Origin: an uncultured delta proteobacterium
GTDB taxonomy: Bacteria > Desulfobacterota > RBG-13-43-22
Direction of reading: 5' to 3'
NCBI GenBank assembly: GCA_963711835.1
Contig: CAVQFQ010000017.1
Coordinates: 352,001-416,000 of the forward strand
Length of the DNA stretch: 64,000 nucleotides
Shown piece after piece: positions 38,663 through 47,174 of the stretch; the first letter of the stretch is position 1, and every line of letters begins with the position of its first letter. A model generated the notes under the pieces. That model searched no databases. It saw nothing but the letters and a program-made list of their open reading frames with translations, and was not told where the DNA came from. A program made the translations under genes and the position numbers.

Positions 38663-38980
38663 CTAACAGAGAAGAGGAGAATTTTGTCGCTCGAGAGGAG
38701 AGGGGAGAAAAAATAGATGTGGAAGGTTTTCAAAAAGGTTAACCAAAGGCATAACGAAAAGGATGGCGGACCCGACCAGGTGTAGGGAGTTTTTATGGCT
38801 TCCCTGGAGATCTTCCTGATTGGGATTTTCAAAAGATAGATTTGTGGCCAGAAAGTCAGCTTCCATCAAATTGTAGTAATCAAGGTAGATGGAAAGGCCC
38901 AGGAACAGAAAGGAGACCGCACCAATCAACAGGATTCGCCTGACTTTAGATGCGCTCCTGATTTTCATACTCAACATCAT
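38663..38980 (-). CDS. Hypothetical membrane protein
   Basis: ORF with an N-terminal TM segment, upstream of tatA. Confidence 0.45.
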   Translation of the reverse strand: MMLSMKIRSASKVRRILLIGAVSFLFLGLSIYLDYYNLMEADFLATNLSFENPNQEDLQGSHKNSLHLVGSAILFVMPLVNLFENLPHLFFLPSPLERQNSPLLC

Positions 38981-39176
38981 TAATGGATCACCGTTTAGCG
39001 GCTATTCAGAAAAGTAATCTCTTAAAGTTAGGGCAAACCCAACCTAAAGCCTAACTTCCGCACCTTTTTTAATTTTAATGCAATTATTTTATCTGTCAAT
39101 CTATAAAAAATTCTCGGTCAACCCCTCGGTCTCGCTGACAAGGTACTGGAATTAGGTATAGATTCAAATGAGTGCG

Positions 39177-40883
39177 TTAGGCCGATTCGATAGCTTTAAT
39201 ACGAAGTTGCAGGAGAGAATCGCCTCCCCGGTGCGAGACGGTGGGAATATAGGCCAGATCGATCAGATCTCCGGGTTCCATTTCCATCTCCCCCATTCCA
39301 AATCCGATTCCGTTTAGGATTACCCCCTTTTGTTCCAGGCGCAGGCGGAGATGGCCGTTCCCAACCAGCCGCCGATCCCTGATACGGACTCCCCGGGTGG
39401 CCAAGACCGGCTCCGGATTCCCAGCCCCGAAGGGGGCCAGGTTGGGCAGGTAAGGAACCACCTCCCTCCTCAAATCCGGGAAGTCCATTTCTCCCTCGAT
39501 AGACAGAGCCGGCCTGAGGGTTGTTTCGGGTAGCGACCCGGCCGCCAATTCTTCAAAGGCCTTTTCAAACAAAGGCAGATCTTTGGCCTTGAGGGTAACT
39601 CCGGCGGCAGCAGCATGGCCTCCGAATTTGAGGAGAAGGTTTTCCAGGGCCTCTAATCCTTTGACCAAATGGAAGCCTTCGATACTCCGTCCCGAGCCGT
39701 GGGCCAGTTCTCCCTCGATGGCAAAAACGAAGGCCGGCCGGGACCAACCCTCCACCAACCTGGAAGCTACAATACCCAAAACGCCCCGGTGCCAGTTTTC
39801 CGACCCGAAAACCAGACTCCTTTTGGAAGCGGTCGCCGGTTGGAGCTGGAAATGGTTTTCGATTTCCTTGAGAATGGCCTTTTCCATTTCCTGGCGCCGG
39901 GTGTTTTCCTGGTGCATCAATTGGGCTATTCGGCGGGCTTCCTCCCGGTCGTTGCTGAAAAACAATTCGACCCCTGCCGCAGCCGACTGCAGCCGTCCCA
40001 AGGCGTTGATCCGGGGCGCGAGACGGAAGGAAACATCATAGGAAGAAACCGGTTCCCCGGATTGTAAGCCGCTGACCTCCTTCAGGGCCGCCAGGCCGGT
40101 TCGCAGACCTTTGGTCATTTCCGCAAGCCCCTCCCGGACCAGGATTCTATTGGCTCCGATCAAGGGAACCATGTCGGCCAAGGTCCCCAGGGCCGCCAGA
40201 TCCAGATACGGTCTTAAATTGGGTTTCCCTTGGGCGAAAAGACCCTGTTGGTCCAGGGCCTGGCGAAGGGCAATAACCAGATAAAGGGCCACCCCAACTC
40301 CGGCCAACTCCTTGAAAGGGAAGGAACAGCCCTCCTGCCTGGGGTTAATAACAGCCAGGGCCGGTGGGGGGCCTTGGCGGGGAATTTGATGATGATCGGT
40401 AACGATTACTTCCAGGCCCAGTTGCCGGGCAAAGGCGATCTCGTGGTGATTGGAGATCCCGCAATCCACCGTTATGATCAGAGAAACTCCCTGCTCTTTG
40501 AGCTCTGAAATCCCGCTTAGGGAAAGGCCGTAACCTTCCCTGGTTCGATGGGGCAGGTAGAAGGTAGTATCCGGAGAAAGGGGCTTCAGGAAGTGAAGCA
40601 GCAGGGCCGTAGCCGTGATCCCATCGGCATCATAATCGCCGAAAACGGCCATGCGTTCCTTTCCCTGAATAGCCCGGCTGATGCGGGCAACCGCTTTTTC
40701 CATATCCTTTATCAGCCCGGGAGGAGGCAGGTTGGAGAGGGAGGGAGAAAGAAATTCCCGGGCTTGATCCAAATCCTTTATGCCCCGATTGAGCAGAAGC
40801 CGGGTCACTTGAAGAGGAAGGTTGAGTTGCCTGCTCAGGTCTTCCGCCTGGTCAGGGTCAGGAGTTAAGAGGTTCCATTTCAT
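39177..40883 (-). CDS. recJ: ssDNA-specific exonuclease RecJ
   Basis: GDYDADG, TVDCG, TDHH, GTLAD, PRINALGR, GSGRS, FGGHAAAAG, PFGAGNPEP. Confidence 0.96.
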   Translation of the reverse strand: MKWNLLTPDPDQAEDLSRQLNLPLQVTRLLLNRGIKDLDQAREFLSPSLSNLPPPGLIKDMEKAVARISRAIQGKERMAVFGDYDADGITATALLLHFLKPLSPDTTFYLPHRTREGYGLSLSGISELKEQGVSLIITVDCGISNHHEIAFARQLGLEVIVTDHHQIPRQGPPPALAVINPRQEGCSFPFKELAGVGVALYLVIALRQALDQQGLFAQGKPNLRPYLDLAALGTLADMVPLIGANRILVREGLAEMTKGLRTGLAALKEVSGLQSGEPVSSYDVSFRLAPRINALGRLQSAAAGVELFFSNDREEARRIAQLMHQENTRRQEMEKAILKEIENHFQLQPATASKRSLVFGSENWHRGVLGIVASRLVEGWSRPAFVFAIEGELAHGSGRSIEGFHLVKGLEALENLLLKFGGHAAAAGVTLKAKDLPLFEKAFEELAAGSLPETTLRPALSIEGEMDFPDLRREVVPYLPNLAPFGAGNPEPVLATRGVRIRDRRLVGNGHLRLRLEQKGVILNGIGFGMGEMEMEPGDLIDLAYIPTVSHRGGDSLLQLRIKAIESA

Positions 40884-41059
40884 GCAGGCAACTTAACCCA
40901 GGACCGGGCTCCGATCAAGGGGATTCTGTTTTTCCGTTGTCAATTCCCGCCGGTTTAAGTATAATTCCGGGTATGAAGGGTTTTTCTTAATATTAACTGT
41001 CTTATAATTGTATTTCCATGGTGGGGCTGCCTTTTCTTTAGTCTGTGGCTCTCGGGCTG

Positions 41060-41170
41060 GTCTTTTCCTCGGACTTATCAACGGGGGATACTTTACCCCC
41101 TCCGCATTCCCGCCCGCTATAACTCAGCGGTCGAGCTGCGGTTTCCCCCATTGATAAATCCGAAAAAGAC
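41060..41170 (-). repeat. Long imperfect hairpin between divergent recJ and selA
   Basis: Arms TCGGACTTATCAACGGGGGA / TCCCCCATTGATAAATCCGA. Confidence 0.6.
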
Positions 41171-41282
41171 GGCGCCCTTCCGCCAATGACCTCAGAAAAA
41201 ACAGCCCCACCGTTTCGGTTAATGTTTAGACTATTTTGAGACTGTTAATAACTACTTGCCAATAGGACTAATCCAAGCGTCC

Positions 41283-42680
41283 ATGAATCCCGAACAAACA
41301 GAACTGCTTAAAAAAATTCCGGCCGTTACCCTGCTCCTTGAAGAACCTGAATGTCAGGCGTTTCTGGCCCGAACTTCACGGAAACATCTCCTGGCCGTGA
41401 TCCGGGAGATCCTGGATCAGAAAAGAAACCAGATTCTTTCCGGGCAAAGCCCAGCCCTTGAAAAGCATCATTTATGGGAGGAAATCGGGGAACGCCTCGA
41501 CTCCAAGGCCGCCTACCACCTGCGGCGGGTGGTCAATGGAACGGGGGTCATTGTTCATACCAACTTAGGACGATCCTTGTTGGCCGCCCAGGCCCTGGAG
41601 CAGATGCAATGGGTGGCCCGCTATTATTCCAATCTGGAGTTTGACCTGGAACAGGGCCGGCGTGGCAGCCGTTATACCCATGTAGAGGATATCCTCATGG
41701 AACTCACCGGGGCTGAAGCGGCTTTAGTGGTGAATAATAATGCGGCGGCGGTTCTTTTAGCTCTCAATACCCTGGCCAAGGGCAAGGAAGTTATTGTCTC
41801 CCGGGGGCAATTGGTGGAAATCGGCGGTTCCTTTCGGATCCCGGAAGTAATGACCCGGAGCGGTGCTGTGTTAAAAGAAGTGGGGACCACCAATAAAACC
41901 CACCTCAGGGACTATGAGGCGGCCATCTCCGAGGAAACGGCCCTGTTGCTGAAGGTCCATACCAGTAATTACCGGATTGTCGGCTTTACGGCCGAGGTGT
42001 CTCTGGAGGAGCTGGTGGACCTGGGGCAGCGGCATCGCCTTCCGGTCATGGAAGACCTGGGAAGCGGGACCCTGCTGGACGTCTCACGCTGGGGATTGGA
42101 GAAAGAACCTACCGTGGTTGAAGTGGTTCAATCCGGCTGCGATCTGGTTACCTTCAGCGGGGACAAGTTGTTGGGGGGGCCCCAGGCGGGAATTATTGTG
42201 GGCCGGGAAAAATTGGTCCAGGCCTTGCGAAGCAATCCTTTGAACCGGGCCCTGCGCATTGACAAATTGACCCTGGCTGCCCTGGAAGCCACCTTAAAGC
42301 TATACCGGAACGAGGAACAAGCCCTGCGGGATATTCCCACGCTGGCCCAAATGGCCATTCCCTTGCCGCAACTGCACCGACGGGCCAGGCGCCTTTATCG
42401 CCTATTAACCAAGGATCCGCTTCCCGAAATAAGCCTCGAGATCATCCCTACCACCTCTCAAGTGGGGGGCGGTGCCCTGCCCTTGTCCTTTCTTGACTCC
42501 TATGCCTTGAGTTTTACACCCGGCCGGATCTCGGTCGCAGAATTAGAGCAGAAATTTCGCAGCTTTTCGACCCCCATTATCGGGCGGATTGAAAAAGACA
42601 GATTCCTGCTGGATGTTCGGACCCTGCAGGACGACGACCCGCCCTTTATTTCCGCCTGCCTTAAAGAACAAGCCGGGTAG
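41283..42680 (+). CDS. selA: L-seryl-tRNA(Sec) selenium transferase
   Basis: VNGTGVIVHTNLGRS, VNNNAAA, SRGQLVEIGGSFRIP, EVGTTNKTH, FSGDKLLGGPQAG. Confidence 0.96.
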   Translation: MNPEQTELLKKIPAVTLLLEEPECQAFLARTSRKHLLAVIREILDQKRNQILSGQSPALEKHHLWEEIGERLDSKAAYHLRRVVNGTGVIVHTNLGRSLLAAQALEQMQWVARYYSNLEFDLEQGRRGSRYTHVEDILMELTGAEAALVVNNNAAAVLLALNTLAKGKEVIVSRGQLVEIGGSFRIPEVMTRSGAVLKEVGTTNKTHLRDYEAAISEETALLLKVHTSNYRIVGFTAEVSLEELVDLGQRHRLPVMEDLGSGTLLDVSRWGLEKEPTVVEVVQSGCDLVTFSGDKLLGGPQAGIIVGREKLVQALRSNPLNRALRIDKLTLAALEATLKLYRNEEQALRDIPTLAQMAIPLPQLHRRARRLYRLLTKDPLPEISLEIIPTTSQVGGGALPLSFLDSYALSFTPGRISVAELEQKFRSFSTPIIGRIEKDRFLLDVRTLQDDDPPFISACLKEQAG

Positions 42681-42720
42681 ACCGGGATAGGGATTAGGCC
42701 GCCTCTTAAAATTCGAGTTT

Positions 42721-43040
42721 GTCCCAAAGTTACGTGATTTTTAAGCACTCCATCCATAGAGGGCTTCAGGGGTCTTGTTTTCAAGGATTGTCCGCCAAAA
42801 CGCCGGCAGCCTGAACCCGGGCAGGAAGTTTATAGGTGGGTTTAGAAACAGGCCAACACCAAAGCGATTTATCGTCTTGGATGAATGCCCGGCTCCCAAC
42901 CAACTTCGAAATTCGGGCCGGGTTGGGGCTACAACTTACCTTTCGGACAACCTTGAAAACAAGACCCCTGAAGCCCTTTGGGGTGATTTAATATTTTAAG
43001 AAGCCTACCTTTCGGTTTGAGAATCACGTAACTTTGGGAC
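42721..43040. mobile_element. MITE-like nested element, copy 3 (inner element 42760-42977, inverted relative to copies 1 and 2)
   Basis: Perfect outer TIRs GTCCCAAAGTTACGTGATT / AATCACGTAACTTTGGGAC; same 320-bp length as copy 1. Confidence 0.87.
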
Positions 43041-43045
43041 TATCC

Positions 43046-44545
43046 CTAAAATTCCAGCCGGAGTTGGCCGCCGCTGCGATCCTGGTGAAATTTCTCCAGC
43101 TCAACTTTTAACCAATCAGGCCAAAAAAGCTCATCAATGGGATAGCTGGCATCCAGGGCCTGGAAGGAACCCCGGCCGGCCACCTTTTGGATCCTGCCCT
43201 GTTGATTATAGCGCACCTCATCTACACCGACCAACCGAGCTACGGCTTTATTGATTTCATCCAAATCCTTGTCGTAGGGATTATCACCTTTAAATGCCCT
43301 TTGAACAGCCAGTTCCTGCAGACATTCCGGGCCGCGATGCCATTCCTTGAAGGAAGGGAAAAACATCGGGCCATAGGAAACCCAGAATTCAATATACTTG
43401 GCCCCGGCATTGTAGGTCACCCAGACCGATCCGCCCTGGCTGACGCTGCCCCTGACGATACTGTCATCCCCCATGGCCACGTTCTTGTCCTTCAGCAGGG
43501 ATTCCACCCCGCCGAACTTAAGGCCTACCTCCTTGGTTCTGGTCTGGCTTTCCCCTTCCTGAAAGGTCCGCACCGCCTGGGGAAGTTTTATCAGGGCCGG
43601 GAAAAGGTTCTTTTTCAGCCCCTCGGCAATGCCTACGGTAACCCCCCAGCCCGATTCAGGGTTGGGGATGACCACCTCAGCCCGGGAATTTTTATAGTGG
43701 TCCACCAGTTCCAAGCCCAGTTCCCGGCGCAATTGGAATATCTCTTTGCCCCGGAAGAGGGAACCCACATTTCCGAAATAAACCCCCTGAAAGATATCGG
43801 GCATGAGGGGTTCTTCTCGTAACCGGCGGGTTTGGCATCCTCCGGAAGAACAGATAGTCATCTCGGCACCCTCATATTCTTTCTCGGTGATCCCTTCCAG
43901 CCGGCGGTGGGAGCAGGATTCGGAGCTGGCGACGAAGGTTCCATCAATCAGGGCGTAACAGAAAGGTTCAAAGGCCTTGGCGTCATTTAAGGCAATCAGG
44001 TGCGTTTCTCGGCCGTCATAGACCAGGGCCGCCAAAGCGAAGGTGGCCCGACCGGCCAGCTTCTCCAATAGTTTTTGACCGGCCTCAAAGGTCAGGCCTT
44101 CCTGGGTTAGATATTTGTGCAGGAGAGCGCCGATGATTTCGGTCTTGTTGTCGGTCTGAAGGGCATAGTCACCCTCCAACTCGGCCTTCAGGTCCCCTTC
44201 GGTAATCAGATACCCATCCATGGTCAAAGCAACCTTCAACCGGGACCCGCCCCGAGGGTAGATTTCCACCGGCTCGGCATTAATCTTTTCGGCAATTTTT
44301 CTCTTGGTGTAGCCCAAATTTCCCAAGGCCGCCATGGGATCGAGGTCTTGGAAATTTCGGATGACATTATAATCGATGACTTCAGCGATCCGGCCCAAGC
44401 CCTTATGAATGTAAATCCCCTTTTTGGTTCCGATGGCTATTCCGGTACTGGCCTTGCCCCGGTGCTGGCAGGCCCCGGTGGCCAAAAAGGTTTTGTTGAC
44501 CAACTCAGGGTCGCCAGGTCCGTAAATGCCTACGATACCGTCCAC
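43046..44545 (-). CDS. Amidophosphoribosyltransferase (PurF)-like protein lacking the N-terminal Cys
   Basis: MDGIVGI, QHRG, VIPNPESG, RTF, DDSIVRGS PRPP loop; GGAGG RBS before GTG. Confidence 0.8.
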   Translation of the reverse strand: MDGIVGIYGPGDPELVNKTFLATGACQHRGKASTGIAIGTKKGIYIHKGLGRIAEVIDYNVIRNFQDLDPMAALGNLGYTKRKIAEKINAEPVEIYPRGGSRLKVALTMDGYLITEGDLKAELEGDYALQTDNKTEIIGALLHKYLTQEGLTFEAGQKLLEKLAGRATFALAALVYDGRETHLIALNDAKAFEPFCYALIDGTFVASSESCSHRRLEGITEKEYEGAEMTICSSGGCQTRRLREEPLMPDIFQGVYFGNVGSLFRGKEIFQLRRELGLELVDHYKNSRAEVVIPNPESGWGVTVGIAEGLKKNLFPALIKLPQAVRTFQEGESQTRTKEVGLKFGGVESLLKDKNVAMGDDSIVRGSVSQGGSVWVTYNAGAKYIEFWVSYGPMFFPSFKEWHRGPECLQELAVQRAFKGDNPYDKDLDEINKAVARLVGVDEVRYNQQGRIQKVAGRGSFQALDASYPIDELFWPDWLKVELEKFHQDRSGGQLRLEF

Positions 44546-44646
44546 GGTTATTTCCTCCTCTTAGATGGGATTGGGCCTCAAACGAAAGGAGTATAGGGGC
44601 AACCCCCAAACGGGTCAAGAAAGAAAAATAAATCCGGCGCCCCATC

Positions 44647-45156
44647 CTACCGGACCGCCGGGCTGGCAAATATTCCGGTCCAATAGGACCCGCAGGAACC
44701 CCCGGCGGCAAAACCGATTCCAATTTCCCTGTAAAAAGGATTCAGCATATTTTCCCGGTGGGTCTTATTTTTAAACCAGGCCTCAAAAATAAGCCGCGGA
44801 GATTCCTGTCCGCAGCCGATGTTTTCTCCGAAGGCCCGCCAGGCATAGCCGCTCTCCTCCAAGCGGGCTTTTGGCCCCTGGCCATCGGGATTGGTATGCT
44901 GGAAAAAATCCCTGCCCGACATATCCCGGCTATGGTTTCTGGCGACTCGGCTGAGCAAAGGGGATTTTTTCAGGATCGGGACTCCCAGCGTCCTCCTTTT
45001 TTGGTTCACCAGGACTGCCAGTTCCTCCTCAAAGACCAGGCCTTGGGTTTGGAGTTTATTGAAGGGCTGAACCGCCCAGGCAGACAAAACCAGGGCCGTA
45101 AGCGTAACAGCCGTTACGATAAAAAAAATAAGTCCCGACTTTAGGAAGACAACCAT
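44647..45156 (-). CDS. CAP/SCP-domain secreted protein
   Basis: ARNHSRDM, FFQHTNPDG, GENIG, HRENML, EIGIG. Confidence 0.88.
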   Translation of the reverse strand: MVVFLKSGLIFFIVTAVTLTALVLSAWAVQPFNKLQTQGLVFEEELAVLVNQKRRTLGVPILKKSPLLSRVARNHSRDMSGRDFFQHTNPDGQGPKARLEESGYAWRAFGENIGCGQESPRLIFEAWFKNKTHRENMLNPFYREIGIGFAAGGSCGSYWTGIFASPAVR

Positions 45157-45197
45157 CTTTTCAGGAACTGCCCGGACGCGGTTGATTGGGTGGGGAG

Positions 45198-45495
45198 TTA
45201 TTAAGGGTCTCAAAATAATAGTGACCAAGAGGGACCGGGGGGTCTTCTTCTCTGGGGTTGTCCAAAGGGTAACTCATCGCCCTATCCCGGCCCGGACGGC
45301 TAAGTGGATTAGGTGCAGGGCATTCACCCGAATCCGTTTCGGGCATTAGTGTAGGCCTGTCTCTAATTGATCCCGATTTGGCCGGCAAAGAAGCTTTGGG
45401 CTTGAAGGTGGACAACCCAGAAAAGAAGACCCCCCGGTCCCATTTAATGCAAGCTCCTCAATTTCATGTCAAGACTACTATGAGACCCTTAATAA
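45198..45495. mobile_element. Second type of outer element (15-bp perfect IR TTATTAAGGGTCTCA) enclosing a divergent copy of the inner hairpin element (45231-45441)
   Basis: IRs at 45198-45212 and 45481-45495; inner arms GGGACCGGGGGGTCTTCTT..GGTTGTCCA / TGGACAACCC..AAGAAGACCCCCCGGTCCC; core aligns with 4217-4434. Confidence 0.75.
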
Positions 45496-45734
45496 ATAAT
45501 ATTTTCTTCTTTGAGTTTGCCGATAAAAAAATAGAAGGCGATCAGGTCGGCTTCTTCCACTTCCAGATTCCAGCCGTCTTTGACAGGATGAATTTTGAAT
45601 TCAAAAGCAAGGTCCCAGCGGCCAAACAGCTTCTTTAATTCAGGTGCTATCAGGTCCGGATCTCGAGAGACTAACTGGATTCCGTACCTCTCTTCCATCA
45701 GAGATCCTATGGCCAGGGGAAAATGGATCTGCAC
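45489..45734 (-). CDS. Small hypothetical protein
   Basis: 81-aa ORF directly after livF; no family recognised. Confidence 0.45.
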   Translation of the reverse strand: MQIHFPLAIGSLMEERYGIQLVSRDPDLIAPELKKLFGRWDLAFEFKIHPVKDGWNLEVEEADLIAFYFFIGKLKEENIIY

Positions 45735-45750
45735 GGCCCAAGGCTTTCAG

Positions 45751-46455
45751 TTATAACCCCAGATAAGCGCGGCAGACATGGTCGTCCTGCAGCAGTTCCT
45801 GAGCCGGGCCGTGCATGACCATTTCACCGTTTTCGAGAACATAGGCCCTGCGGGCCAGGCGCAGGGCGTGGTGGATATTTTGCTCCACCAGAAGAATGGT
45901 CATTCCATCCTGATTTATCCGGTGGATGATCTCGAAGATAGTGTTGACTAAAATGGGAGACAGGCCCAGAGAAGGTTCATCCAGCATCAAAATTTTAGGT
46001 TTGGACATGAGGCCCCGCCCGATAGCCAGCATCTGCTGCTCTCCGCCGGAGAGTGTGCCGGCGGTCTGACCCTTCCGTTCCTCCAGACGGGGGAAAAGCT
46101 TATAAATCCCTTTCAGATTCGCGTTTTTGTCCTTGCGGGCCTGGGGGTTCAAGGCCCCCAATTCCAGATTTTCCAGGACCGTCATGGAAGGAAAAAGTTG
46201 CCGGCCTTCCGGAATCTGGATGAGGCCCATTTCCACAATATCCGAGGTGGATCGATTGGAAATGGGCTGGTTGTACCAGGTGATGGCGCCTTTCCGGGCC
46301 CGCAGCATCCCGGAAATAGTCTTGATCAGGGTGGATTTGCCGGACCCATTGGAGCCTATGATCGTGACGATCTCGCCTTCCGATACCTCCAGGGAGACAG
46401 CGCGCAGGGCCTGCAAGTCGCCGTAAAAGACGTCTACCTTTTCAACCTTTAACAA
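45751..46455 (-). CDS. livF: HAAT-family ABC transporter ATPase (LivF-like)
   Basis: GSNGSGKST, LSGGEQQM, LDEPSLGL, LVEQN. Confidence 0.93.
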   Translation of the reverse strand: MLKVEKVDVFYGDLQALRAVSLEVSEGEIVTIIGSNGSGKSTLIKTISGMLRARKGAITWYNQPISNRSTSDIVEMGLIQIPEGRQLFPSMTVLENLELGALNPQARKDKNANLKGIYKLFPRLEERKGQTAGTLSGGEQQMLAIGRGLMSKPKILMLDEPSLGLSPILVNTIFEIIHRINQDGMTILLVEQNIHHALRLARRAYVLENGEMVMHGPAQELLQDDHVCRAYLGL

Positions 46456-47174
46456 GGCTTATAATCCTCTCCCAGATAGGCTTCAACAACCAAGGGATTC
46501 TTGACCACCTCATCAGGCAGGCCCTCGGCGATCTTTTCCCCGAAATTCAAGACCAGAATGCGTTGGGAGAGGGCCATCACCCCGCGCATGACATGCTCGA
46601 TCAGGAGCACCGTGATACCCCGTTGATTGATCTCCTTGATCAACCGGATCAGGGTATCGGTTTCCGTGGGATTGATCCCGGCCATGACCTCGTCGAGCAT
46701 CAACAGGGTAGGGTCGGTGGCCAGGGTGCGGGCCAGCTCCAGGCGCTTGCGGTGGGGAAGGGTCAATTCGTTGGCCAGGGCCGATTTCTTGTCTGCCAGT
46801 CCGACCAGTTCAATCACCTCGGCCGCCTTTTTATGGGCTTCCCTTAGCGATGTAAGACGGTTAAAGGCGGCCACGATGACATTGTCCATGACCGTTAATT
46901 CCAGAAAAGGTTTGACAATCTGGAAGGTCCGGGCCATTCCCAGCCGGCAGATCTGATGGGGTTTGAGCCCCAGGACCGACCGGCCCTGAAAATAAATCCG
47001 GCCGCTGTCCGGCCCGATATAACCGGTCATGATGTTAAAAAGGGTGGTTTTTCCGGCGCCATTGGGGCCGATGACCGCCACCATCTCCCCTGGGTCGAGC
47101 TGCAGGGAAACATCATTCAAAGCCCGGAGGCCGCCGAAATTCTTGCCCACCTTTTCAACAGCCAACAGGCTCAC
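46449..47174 (-). CDS. livG: HAAT-family ABC transporter ATPase (LivG-like)
   Basis: FGGLRAL, GPNGAGKTT, ARTFQ, LDE, IEH, EAYLG. Confidence 0.93.
   Translation of the reverse strand: MSLLAVEKVGKNFGGLRALNDVSLQLDPGEMVAVIGPNGAGKTTLFNIMTGYIGPDSGRIYFQGRSVLGLKPHQICRLGMARTFQIVKPFLELTVMDNVIVAAFNRLTSLREAHKKAAEVIELVGLADKKSALANELTLPHRKRLELARTLATDPTLLMLDEVMAGINPTETDTLIRLIKEINQRGITVLLIEHVMRGVMALSQRILVLNFGEKIAEGLPDEVVKNPLVVEAYLGEDYKPC

Noticed and set aside
39025-39060. GGGCAAACCC resembling the start of a c-di-GMP-I riboswitch
   Set aside because: The GAAA tetraloop, GCAAAGC motif and second stem are missing, and the orientation is opposite to the nearby genes.
41060-41200. Possible tRNA-Sec (selC) next to selA
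   Set aside because: No cloverleaf, TCA anticodon loop or TTCGA T-loop; it is a long simple hairpin.
45231-45441. Possible 6S RNA (size and long hairpin fit)
   Set aside because: Homologous to three other dispersed copies and lacks the usual zapA/ygfA/rny context; an Rfam search would settle it.
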